Part shown: piece by piece, positions 27,034 to 36,689 of the stretch
How the letters are laid out: the number at the start of each line of letters is the position of its first letter
How positions within the stretch are numbered: position 1 is the stretch's first letter
Assembly (NCBI GenBank): GCA_964016885.1
Contig: OZ024740.1
Location: forward strand, 22,010,001 to 22,074,000
Source of the DNA: Eledone cirrhosa
Lineage: Eukaryota
Direction of reading: 5' to 3'
Length of the DNA stretch: 64,000 nucleotides
The notes under the pieces: generated by a model
Databases searched by the model: none
Seen by the model: the letters and a program-made list of their open reading frames with translations, nothing else
What the model was told of the DNA's origin: nothing
Translations under genes and position numbers: made by a program

Positions 27034-28088
27034 AAAAAATGGTTGGGGTAGAGGGGTTGTCTGCTGATGTTAAGTGGTCTCCTGTGTTTGTTATATTCCT
27101 TGTTGTTGTAAAATATGGTTCGGGTTGGTGGTTGTAGATTGAATGGGGTGTTCCTGTACTGCGAGTATGGGTGTGTGTTTCTATGTGCCATGTTGTATTG
27201 TGGTGTTATAAGTGGCCTACGTTGTTGGTTGTATCGTGTGGTGTGGGTTTGTTGTGTATTGTGGAAGCGAGAGTTGAGAAAATGGTAATTACCTTGCTGT
27301 CCCCTTGAAGCGAGGAAGTTGTTACATCTATCATGGTGGTGGTATCTTTTCCCTATGTTTGACGATGAGACATCCGCGTAGTAGTTGAGTGGTTTGGTAT
27401 GGTGTCTCCTTGAAGAGGGAAAGTTGTAAATGTCATTCTGGGGGAGATGATTTCTTGAGTTTTTGTTCCTTCTTATGGTAGCGAGGTTGGGAAGTTCATC
27501 TTCGGTGTGGTGCTTCGTTCTTCGTTTGTTAGAGGCTTGGGGGTTTGAGAAGTTGTTGTGCGGTTCAGTTATGGGTTTTCCTATTTTTATGAACGGGTTA
27601 TTGGAGGTGTAATCCGTTTGAAAAGTCGATTCATAGTTTAGGAACCAAGCGGCACTTTTTTCCCAGCGTTGAAGGGATTTCAGTTCTTCTCTGTTGCAGT
27701 CCCCTTTCCATAATTTGGAGATCTTCTCTACCTTGGGGCCTTCAGTTTTGTTGTTGATTTCCAGGAGGATCTCTTCATCGATGGTTTTGATTTTTTCCTC
27801 ATTTGTCTGGGCCCTCAGTTTAAAAAGTTCAATTTCTGTCTTCATTTTTTCCAATGCCATTCTTTCCCTAAGGTGTCTTTGGGGTTCGGGTTCATTTGGA
27901 ATGGACTTTATTTGTAGTTTACGAGGGAGAGTTAGAGGGGTTGAGTTAAGCCATTTTTCATATATCTCTGCTTTGTTGTGATTTTGTATCATCTTCCAGA
28001 ATGAGAACTTTCTGTCTCTGAGGGATTTGTTCCATTTTGGAATTGTTCGAATTTTCATTTTGTATGAATCAATCTCACATGGTTCTTC
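27000..28088 (-). CDS. PLE upstream ORF (coiled-coil-like then basic low-complexity), 5' end cut by the inverted repeat
   Basis: Open frame of >350 aa directly upstream of and overlapping the RT frame; E/K-rich helical segment. Confidence 0.65.
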   Translation of the reverse strand, partial: EEPCEIDSYKMKIRTIPKWNKSLRDRKFSFWKMIQNHNKAEIYEKWLNSTPLTLPRKLQIKSIPNEPEPQRHLRERMALEKMKTEIELFKLRAQTNEEKIKTIDEEILLEINNKTEGPKVEKISKLWKGDCNREELKSLQRWEKSAAWFLNYESTFQTDYTSNNPFIKIGKPITEPHNNFSNPQASNKRRTKHHTEDELPNLATIRRNKNSRNHLPQNDIYNFPSSRRHHTKPLNYYADVSSSNIGKRYHHHDRCNNFLASRGQQGNYHFLNSRFHNTQQTHTTRYNQQRRPLITPQYNMAHRNTHPYSQYRNTPFNLQPPTRTIFYNNKEYNKHRRPLNISRQPLYPNHFLDTAHRYRQTK

Positions 28089-28275
28089 AAAGCATTTAGA
28101 AATGCGCAACCGGTAAAAACCTAAAAACTTAAAACCACAACTGAATACTAACCCATACAATCACTAATACTCTTTTATTCCTAATTAAACCATTTTTCAA
28201 CTGTGAACAATTTGTCAGCATTTTCTATTCCGTTTACCAATATATAATAACTTGTGTGTTACACCTCTATTCTTT

Positions 28276-28310
<35 letters not shown>

Positions 28311-28398
28311 AAATATACACATATACATATACAAACACATACATGTACAAACATATACAAATACATCTACACATATACATAAATACACATACACAAAC

Positions 28399-28443
<45 letters not shown>

Positions 28444-28656
28444 AATATTAAAACAATGAAATTAAACACAAAACTGTTAATTTATCGTAAAACTCAATAT
28501 TTTACGATCGTTTCGGGGGGGGGGGGGGTAGTTCCCTGTATGTTCATTCAATTATTGATCTATGTAAAACATATTACAAAATATCATAGTAAGAAAAAGA
28601 TACATACGTCTTCACTACCCGCCGTCTTCAGAAATGTATCTGTATATATATATATA

Positions 28657-29358
28657 CACAGAATGTGTGACGAAAGAACTTTGACAATATATGAACAATC
28701 GTCTGGTTGTGGATCCAACCAACCAACCAAAAATTTATAAATTCCTAAATTTATAAATTTAATTTATAATAAATTGAAGTGAAAGCATCTGGTGCGTGTG
28801 TTTCTTATTGGCAACATGACCCTCCCAAAGTATAACAATATCGGTTTCAACACACGTTTTCAGATAAAGAATCTTGTTAAACAAATTCAGAAACGAAATA
28901 TCGTAAGCCTTAGCCATGCTAACAAGATATTGAAAACCACCATGTTCTGTTGTCTAGAAAAACAATAACATCTCGACAATTACACTTCATGAAAGAATGT
29001 GTCTCGTCCCGAGTTTACACCAACACCATCAACAAAAACAAGATGGCGTAGGACAGAACAAAGGAGAGGCACAAAAACGAAGAAAAGAATCCCCTGTCAC
29101 TGAAGAGGTCACAGAATGTGTGACGAAAGAACTTTGACAATATATGAACAATCGTCTGGTTGTGGAACCAACCAACCAACCAACCGGAAATTTATAAATT
29201 CCTAAATTTATAAATTTAATTTATAATAAATTGAAGTGAAAGCATTTGGTGCGTGTGTTTCTTATTGGCAACATGACCCTCCCAAAGCATAACAATATTG
29301 GTTTCAACACACGTTTTCAGATAAAGAATCTTGCTAAACAAATTCAGAAACGAAATAT
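28657..29358 (+). repeat. Partial tandem of a PLE terminal repeat (period ~453 bp), same family as 46530-46790
   Basis: 28657-28900 repeats at 29110-29357. Confidence 0.85.
29095..29139 (+). ncRNA. Minimal hammerhead motif
   Basis: tgtca-CTGAAGA-g gtcaca gaatg tgtgac-GAAA-gaa-CTT-tgaca. Confidence 0.7.
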
Positions 29359-29415
29359 ATATATATATATATACGATATTAAATAAATGGAAACTATATT
29401 TATAAAACCATATTT

Positions 29416-29479
29416 ATTTCATTATATATATTTCAGGGATATCATATTAACAATATGCTATGCCTTCCTCAGACAAAAT
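29416..29479 (-). ncRNA. Hammerhead motif, inverted copy of 44276-44339
   Basis: attttgt-CTGAGGA-agg...cct-GAAA-tatat-ATA-atgaaat. Confidence 0.7.
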
Positions 29480-30327
29480 ACAATATAGACAGTTTTATAG
29501 ATAAATGGATTTGACATACCGTTCAACATCGACTTGTATTTGAAAAGTTGATTTGGCAGTGAAAAAATTGTAAACAGAAAGAAAGAAAGAGAGAAAAAAG
29601 GAAAGAAAGAAAAGAAAGAAAGAAAACGAAGAAAAAGAAGAAAAAGAAGAAATGCATGGAACAAAATAGAGAGATGGAAAGATAGATAAAGAGAAGAACT
29701 TCATGTAAAGAAACAGAGAGAGATATATATAGAGAGAGGAAATAGATAGAGATAGATATATATAGAGAAAAGTAGGTAGTTGGACATCCGTTGAATAAAC
29801 GTATCAATGATACATTTATTTATTTATTTATTTATTTAGCTCTAGTATTAATGTAAGGGAGATATATGTGGTTAGGAGAGAAACCAGCTGTTATATAGAG
29901 AGAAAAATGAAAAGTAACCAGACATAGGCGAGGCATAAAAACCCTATGTTTTAATGTAGAAGTATTAGTATGTATAAAAACCAGGCACTATAATGTAAAT
30001 ATCAGTATTCCTGAATGAGACACGTATCCATAATGTGTGAAAAGTAATGATCTTATGTTTAGTTTTAAAAATTCATATGTTTATATGATAACTACAAACA
30101 TCGATGTGAATTTACGTGATCAACTCTGCAAACCCCAATTTCACACGGAGAACATTCTCATTGTGCTATAAAAATTTAAGTATACATATATGTGTATATA
30201 TATACACATATATATAGAGTCTATATTACTACTATTCTTGTCTTTACTCTACATGATTATCTATCAAGCAGAAATAGAGAACAGATTTCAATATATTAAT
30301 AAAAAATATCAGAAACAAAAACCAAAA

Positions 30328-30368
<41 letters not shown>

Positions 30369-30630
30369 TTTCTTTATTAACCACAAGGGTTTACATAAAG
30401 TAGACATTAAGGACAGTGCAGGACAATGCAGGACGGTACAAATGGGCATTTCTGCGTGTAAAAAAAAACAAAAACAGAGGATGTAACAAAAATAACAATG
30501 AAAATAACAATGAAAAATTCCCCAATAGGGGGGAGACTTCGGAGGGACATTTGTGGAGAAAGCCCAGTAAAAAGCCACAATGACCCTGACCACCAAGGCA
30601 AGTGCCCTCTCCCAGTTTTCCACCTTTAGT

Positions 30631-33600
30631 TTACAGATATATACTCAGAGTCGGCCCATTCACTCGGGCCATTCTTGCTTCTCTCACCCATCTTTCAACA
30701 AAATGCTGGGAAGAGAGCACTTCCTTCTCTACTCTGATTTTCCTTTTCAAATGAAATTTGAAAAAGTCAATCAGAGCATCACCGAAGAGGTAAGTGCTCG
30801 TCTTCAGCCCTTTCAAACGTGTCCACCATACTATCTCTTTCGCCATGGCCACCAGACAGATAAAAACTGCCTGCCCTTCCCGGCTAAAGGAGGAGGGCGG
30901 GGCAATCCTCACGATAGACTCAGATGATAGCTGGATCCGTCCTAAACGCGACAGCAGGTGTTCGACATAAACCCACAAGTCAGCAATTTTCGGACACCGG
31001 ACGAGTGCGTGCAGGACGGTTTCGTCGCCCTGCGCGCATCTCGGACATGCCCGACTGACGGCACCTCCATGCCTGTAGAGTTTATCCCGAACTGGCAAGG
31101 CTCCTCGGTAGCACTGCCAGGCCAGAGATTTCTGGAAGTTGTCCATAGGCCCTGGCCCGAAAGTTCTTCCGAAGAGATTGGCTAGTTGATTTTCGTCGAC
31201 GCCTAGAGTTTCCCCAAGTACGTCGTCGCTCTTCCCCTCCACTAATCCTCTATAGAACGCCGAGGTGGAGTTTCCACCGATCACATTGCCCGATTGGTCG
31301 AGGGCTGTGAGCGCCTGAAGACATTCCAGTCTCCAGGCGCTCCCTCTCGGTCTTCGCTTGACCCAGGACTGCAGCTCCGTCAAGGAAACGAGCTGGGGAA
31401 AAACGCGTCTAGCAAACGGCGACCACACCTGATCACCGTCGAGGAAGAGGTGGAGATGTCGTAGCCTGAGCGCGTGCCTGCGCATCATCAGCCACGGCAT
31501 GCCCAGCCCTCCACGTAGCGGGTGTTGACAACAGATGGACCGCCTGACCATCGGAGCGCGTCCCTTCCACAAAAAGCGAAAGAGCAAACGCTCCAGCGCA
31601 GTCAGGCGAGGCTTAGGACAAGGTACGACGGTCAGGCGGTAGCAGATGACGGACGCGATGTACGCGTTAGCCACCTCCGCTCGACCTTTCAGGGATAGCT
31701 TCCTCTCGGCCCATTTCTGGGTGAGAGAAGCCACCCTGCTCGTCACCTCGTCCCAGTTTTTGTCCGTCTGGAGGTCCGGACCGAACCAGACCCCTAGCAA
31801 TTTAACCGGTCCGTCCGTCCAGCGTCCGACGACGCTGTTGGACGGCATGGACCTGCCTCTCCAGGTGCCGAGCTGCAGGCCCACTGACTTTTCCTGGTTG
31901 ATCATTGCTCCTGTCACCGCTTCGTATTCTCTTAGTGTAGTGCCGATCGCCTCGATGTGTTTGGCGTTCGACACCACTACGGTGACATCGTCCGCATATG
32001 CTGACACGGATCTTCCGCATCCTAGTTCGCGCGGGACTCCCCTCAACGTCTCCAGTTTGTGCAGTAATGGCTCGAGAGTCAATACGTACAAGAGGGACGA
32101 GAGGGGACATCCTTGGCGGACCGAGCGCATGATGTTGAACGGTTCCGACAGGTGACCGTTCACTCTCACCACAGAGCAGATGTCGCTGTGCATGGCAGCG
32201 ATCCAGCCTCTGAAGACGGGCCCAAAGCCAGCCGCCCTCAGGACTGCCGCTAGGTAACGATGGTCGACCCTATCGAAAGCTTTCGACTGATCTAAATTGA
32301 TCAAGGACCCACCCGTGCCAGGTTCCCTAGCTACCCTCTCTACGATGTATCGCATGAGGTGGAGGTTGTCGTGGATGGATCTGTCGGGAATGGCGCATGT
32401 CTGTGCCTCTCCCACCAGACCACCAACGACAAGCGCCAACCTCTTTGCTAGCACCTTGGCCAAAATCTTAAACTCTGTGTTTAGCAGAGTTATGGGCCGG
32501 AAATTGTCTATGTTATCCCCCTTGTTAGGATCCTTTCTCAGCAGTGCCACCGCTCCTCGGCTCACAGAACTGGGAATTCTCCCGTTCTGTTGCCAGTTGC
32601 AGTAGACGTCCGCCAAGAGGCCTCCGAACAAGTCTGGCATCTGTACGTAAAGTTCATAGGGCAGACCATCCAAACCAGGCGATTTACCCCTTGTGCAGCC
32701 AGTCATTGCCTCCCGTACTTCAGCGGCTGTTATCGGCTTTTCGCAACACCTCGCCTCAGTGGCCGAGAGCCGCGGCAGTCCGTCGAGGTAGACACTAAAG
32801 TCCATCCCTCTACCCGGCCCCCCGCTGCCCCCGAACAGCTGAGCGAAGTGTCGCTGAAAAGCTTCACACATTTGCCCGGGATCGAGTAGCATGCGCCCGT
32901 CGTGGTCCACCAAAGACCGGATCGTGGCATTGTTGCCACGACGCGCCTCCGCCACTCGGGCCCATTGAACGGCTTTCGTCCCCTCGTGTCTGAGAGCACG
33001 CACCCTAGCTCTGACAACGCAGCCTTCGTGCTTTGCATTGAAGAATTGGTCAAGGGCCAATTTCGCCGCAAGCACGTCGGTCGCAATGCCTTTGCTAAGC
33101 GCCTCGTCTAATTTTCTAACTAGTTCTCCCTCTGCTCTATTTTTCTCTATTGCTAAAGCCTTACTAAACCTAATCGATTCTATTCTAATCGCTCTTTTCA
33201 GAGCAAACCACCACTTGTTGTTGACGATGGCCCCCGTCAACGCCCGCTTAACTAGTTCGCTAATCCGGTCTCTGTAGGCCTTGCGCGCTGGTAAGGAGGC
33301 GTTTAGCTTCCAGTAGCCGGGTCCTCGTCTATGAAGCCTATCTAAGTCAAGCACACAGGTCACGAATTTGTGGTCCGTGTAGCTGACTATCTTGAATTGT
33401 GGACAGCCTATGCTAGACCTATCTATTTCCCTACAAAATACTCTATCTAGATATGATCTGGATGACCCTATGCGGTTTGTCCAAGTCCACATTGGCACAT
33501 TCGGGAAATCCAATCGGTACCTGTCAGACAGTTCAAAACGCCTGAGCAGGTTGGTGAGGCTCTTGCACCCTCCACCCCTATCCGCTAATCCCACACAGTC

Positions 33601-34050
33601 CCAGCGTGCATCTAAGATCCCGTTCCAGTCGCCCACTAACACTAAAGAGCGGGACGTTCCAAGAAAGGTCTCCAGACGCCGGAAGAAATCAGGCCGCCCT
33701 GCTCCTGTCGGGGCATAGACGGCCACTAGCCTGAAAGCTTGCCCGTCTCCGCTGGTCACGTCCAGCACCACCAGCTTACCCTCTGGGTCCAGGAAGATGG
33801 CCCGTATGGCGAGATCCAAACCTCTCCGAAAAAGCACAGCAACTCCTCCACCCGATCCAGGACGGCTGGGAGATGCGTACACATCGTAGCCGCCGAAGAT
33901 CGGTGCGAAGGCCCGTGCTTCGGAGATTCTGGTCTCGCTGATGGCCACTACATCTATGTTTAGTGACCTGAGGTCGTTGAGCAGGTGACCCTGCTTCCAT
34001 GACGACCCCAAGCCACGCGCATTTATGCTGCCTATTCTGAGTGAGGTCAT
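30631..34050 (-). CDS. Tx1-like ORF2: APE endonuclease, RT, C-terminal Zn motif
   Basis: SINARG, SETR, VYAP, GDWN, YLDR, TDH, GYWKLN, KSPGLDG, FRPITLLN, RQGCPLS, AYADD, CPRC..DETVLHALVRC. Confidence 0.95.
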   Translation of the reverse strand: MTSLRIGSINARGLGSSWKQGHLLNDLRSLNIDVVAISETRISEARAFAPIFGGYDVYASPSRPGSGGGVAVLFRRGLDLAIRAIFLDPEGKLVVLDVTSGDGQAFRLVAVYAPTGAGRPDFFRRLETFLGTSRSLVLVGDWNGILDARWDCVGLADRGGGCKSLTNLLRRFELSDRYRLDFPNVPMWTWTNRIGSSRSYLDRVFCREIDRSSIGCPQFKIVSYTDHKFVTCVLDLDRLHRRGPGYWKLNASLPARKAYRDRISELVKRALTGAIVNNKWWFALKRAIRIESIRFSKALAIEKNRAEGELVRKLDEALSKGIATDVLAAKLALDQFFNAKHEGCVVRARVRALRHEGTKAVQWARVAEARRGNNATIRSLVDHDGRMLLDPGQMCEAFQRHFAQLFGGSGGPGRGMDFSVYLDGLPRLSATEARCCEKPITAAEVREAMTGCTRGKSPGLDGLPYELYVQMPDLFGGLLADVYCNWQQNGRIPSSVSRGAVALLRKDPNKGDNIDNFRPITLLNTEFKILAKVLAKRLALVVGGLVGEAQTCAIPDRSIHDNLHLMRYIVERVAREPGTGGSLINLDQSKAFDRVDHRYLAAVLRAAGFGPVFRGWIAAMHSDICSVVRVNGHLSEPFNIMRSVRQGCPLSSLLYVLTLEPLLHKLETLRGVPRELGCGRSVSAYADDVTVVVSNAKHIEAIGTTLREYEAVTGAMINQEKSVGLQLGTWRGRSMPSNSVVGRWTDGPVKLLGVWFGPDLQTDKNWDEVTSRVASLTQKWAERKLSLKGRAEVANAYIASVICYRLTVVPCPKPRLTALERLLFRFLWKGRAPMVRRSICCQHPLRGGLGMPWLMMRRHALRLRHLHLFLDGDQVWSPFARRVFPQLVSLTELQSWVKRRPRGSAWRLECLQALTALDQSGNVIGGNSTSAFYRGLVEGKSDDVLGETLGVDENQLANLFGRTFGPGPMDNFQKSLAWQCYRGALPVRDKLYRHGGAVSRACPRCAQGDETVLHALVRCPKIADLWVYVEHLLSRLGRIQLSSESIVRIAPPSSFSREGQAVFICLVAMAKEIVWWTRLKGLKTSTYLFGDALIDFFKFHLKRKIRVEKEVLSSQHFVERWVREARMARVNGPTLSIYL

Positions 34051-34085
34051 GTTTAAAATAGAGTGGAAAAGATGGGAAAGACCAC

Positions 34086-36212
34086 TTACCGTACTTTTGG
34101 TAGAGGAGGGATGGTTTTTACATCCCTTTTCACTTGATCGTCTGGTGAAGGGACCGTTGAATCGTCCCTTCGGCTGGTCGTTGGCTCTTCTAAGAGAATG
34201 TCTGAGTATACTCTTCGATTGATGGTTCCTCCTAGGTCCCTGAAATCACCAACTGCGTTGGGGAATTTCGTTTTAATATTTGTGTATTGTTTCTGTGCTA
34301 TTTTTAGCAGTCTTATGTTAGTTGGCGTTTTGATTGGTGCTGGTATTATGTAGTCCTGTTGTGAAATGTCTGTGTGTTCAATTATGTAAGTCATTAGTTT
34401 CTTGTTGTGTGTATTTATTGCCGTGCATTTGTTTTTCTGGGGGTGGGGTGTGGTTCTGCTATTTTCTTGTCGTTGTTGCTGGGTGTGTGTGTTTTGTTGT
34501 TGTGTTTGCGATGTTGGTGCTTGTGGTGGTGGTGTTGAAGGTGTTGTTGGCGGTGGGGTTGTCGCCGGTGGTGATGGTGGTGCTGGTGTGGGTGGTGATG
34601 GTGTTGGTGGTGTTGCTGCTGTGGGTCTCTTTGCAGTAGACTTTACCCTTTTCTCATTTCTTTCCTCCCTTTTCAAAGGCGACGATGCGCTGCTTCTGCG
34701 TTTGTGCCTTCTTGCGACCTTTTGCCATCCCTCTCCCACCTCACACTCCATGTCTGATTCTGTAAGGTCGGGGAGGGGTACCAGCTCCACTCTTTCACTT
34801 GTTGTTGTTGGTGATGTTTGCACTGGAGTCTCTGTTGCAGCTGCATTTGGTATTGCTGTTGTTGTTGTTAATATTTCCACTGCTGCTGCTGTCTTTGATT
34901 TCCGTGGAGTGGGTATGGGTGCCACGGACCTATCGTTCCTGGTTGCCGCTTGTCCTGTTGCTGGTAGCCGTGGAGCCGGATTCGGAAGGAGGGGGGTTTT
35001 CTCCTTTCTCAGGGTCTTCTCGTTGCAGAAGGCCCTGAGGTGAGTCTTCGATCCACAGCGAAAGCATTTCGGGCGTTTGCCCTCAACACTTATGGGCAGT
35101 TGAGTGCCGTTATCGAAGTCTATCACATCCGGGATAGCTTCGATGCACTCCTGGTTGGTTTGGATTAGCATCTCAATGGAGGAGCCGACCCAATCTTCTC
35201 TTACTTTTTTCTGTACTTGCAGTACAGTTGTTTCGTCCTCGATTCCGACGAGGACAGACGCGGCCAGCCAAGAAGGGGTCATTCCGGGGGGGACGTGGGT
35301 CAGTTTGACCCTCACAATTTTTTGCCCGCAGTAGGAGGGCACCAACACCATTTCCTCGCTCCTTAGGGTCACTACTGATTGGGCCTTTGCCTCCTGGGGT
35401 GTGGCAAAAAGTACGTCTACGGTGGCGTATTTTTTGCCTCGGGTGATGTGCGTTTTCCTCTGCCACACAGACCCCAAGGCTTTTTGTATTTGGGCCTCTG
35501 TGGCTCTTTCCACCCTACGGGATTTTGTACTTACTGTACGGTACGTGACCGTACAGTGCTCTTGGGTTTCGAAAAAATTTTTCGCTGCCTTGCAGATTGC
35601 TCGGTGTCCGTTCTTTGTCACCATCTTCTTCGCTTCCTCTAATTCCTCATTTGTTATGAGGATTGTTTCCAAGTTTTTCGCAATACCTGCAAATGAGATT
35701 GGTTTTTCTCTGCTGTTGTTGTTGTCGTCAGAGCTGCTGGTACTTTTGTTGCTGCAGGTACTACGACTACTGCCTCCGCCGCTGTTGCTGTGGTTGTTGT
35801 TGGTGTTGCTGCTGCTAATGCTGTTGTTGTTTATGCTGCTGGTGATGCTGTTGCGGCTGCTACTGTTGTTTTCATTGTCACTGTTGCTGTTGTTATTACG
35901 GCTGCTACTGCTATTATTCCTGACGTCAGACGAATGAACTGGGTTTTCGTATTTCCCGCACACCTGTTTCGTCGCTGTCGTCGTCGTCGTGGAGAAACCT
36001 TGCACGCTTTGCACGAGACTTTTCTTTTCTTTCGTCACTTGCGAAAGAGAAGGGAGGGAGAGAGACACATTTAAAGAAGGGAGGGAGAGAGACAATCTTC
36101 TCTCTGCTGTAGTGATGATTGAGGAAGAAGAAGACGGAATGAGTGGGAGTGACGTATGAAATTTCTTTTTGGTAGCCATGTTTTTTTGTTTAAAATGAAA
36201 TTTTGGGTACAA
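34086..36212 (-). CDS. Tx1-like ORF1 nucleic-acid-binding protein with CCHC knuckle
   Basis: CFRCGSKTHLRAFC zinc knuckle; WQKVARRHKRR basic motif; upstream of ORF2. Confidence 0.88.
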   Translation of the reverse strand: MYPKFHFKQKNMATKKKFHTSLPLIPSSSSSIITTAERRLSLSLPSLNVSLSLPSLSQVTKEKKSLVQSVQGFSTTTTTATKQVCGKYENPVHSSDVRNNSSSSRNNNSNSDNENNSSSRNSITSSINNNSISSSNTNNNHSNSGGGSSRSTCSNKSTSSSDDNNNSREKPISFAGIAKNLETILITNEELEEAKKMVTKNGHRAICKAAKNFFETQEHCTVTYRTVSTKSRRVERATEAQIQKALGSVWQRKTHITRGKKYATVDVLFATPQEAKAQSVVTLRSEEMVLVPSYCGQKIVRVKLTHVPPGMTPSWLAASVLVGIEDETTVLQVQKKVREDWVGSSIEMLIQTNQECIEAIPDVIDFDNGTQLPISVEGKRPKCFRCGSKTHLRAFCNEKTLRKEKTPLLPNPAPRLPATGQAATRNDRSVAPIPTPRKSKTAAAVEILTTTTAIPNAAATETPVQTSPTTTSERVELVPLPDLTESDMECEVGEGWQKVARRHKRRSSASSPLKREERNEKRVKSTAKRPTAATPPTPSPPTPAPPSPPATTPPPTTPSTPPPQAPTSQTQQQNTHTQQQRQENSRTTPHPQKNKCTAINTHNKKLMTYIIEHTDISQQDYIIPAPIKTPTNIRLLKIAQKQYTNIKTKFPNAVGDFRDLGGTINRRVYSDILLEEPTTSRRDDSTVPSPDDQVKRDVKTIPPLPKVR

Positions 36213-36689
36213 AACCCCAATAACTGGTTATTTAACCCCGAAGGGCCAAATAACGGACAGAAAGACCCCTCTCACGAGGAGGAGGGTGTCTTTATCAACA
36301 ATTTGGTTCAAGTTTTAAACAATTTACAATTGTTTTAACGGTTAAAAATTACTATACCTTACAGAGCCGAGCCTCCGTCAACCATGGCATTCAATAATAA
36401 TAATAATAATAATAATAAATAATAATGTTTTCTTTATTAACCACAAGGGTTTACATAAAGTAGACATTAAGGACAGTGCAGGACAATGCAGGACGGTACA
36501 AATGGGCATTTCTGCGTGTAAAAAAAACAAAAATAGAGGATGTAACAAAAATAACAATGAAAATAACAATGAAAAATTCCCCAATAGGGGGGAGACTTCG
36601 GAGGAACATTTGTGGAGAAAGCCCAGTAAAAAGCCACAATGACCCTGACCACCAAGGCAAGTGCCCTCTCCCAGTTTTCCACCTTTAGT

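Larger units (their letters stand above)
23541..28283 (-). mobile_element. Penelope-like element (Neptune/Naiad-like) with inverted terminal repeat
   Basis: RT + GIY-YIG ORF. 23541-23693 is the reverse complement of 28089-28241. Both ends lie in (TA)n. ~124-bp internal tandem duplication at 23762-24006. Confidence 0.9.
30367..36392 (-). mobile_element. Full-length Tx1/L1-clade LINE, copy 1
   Basis: Intact ORF1 + ORF2; 3' end AATAAAGAAATC running into (ATT)n; (AAT)n on both sides. Confidence 0.93.
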
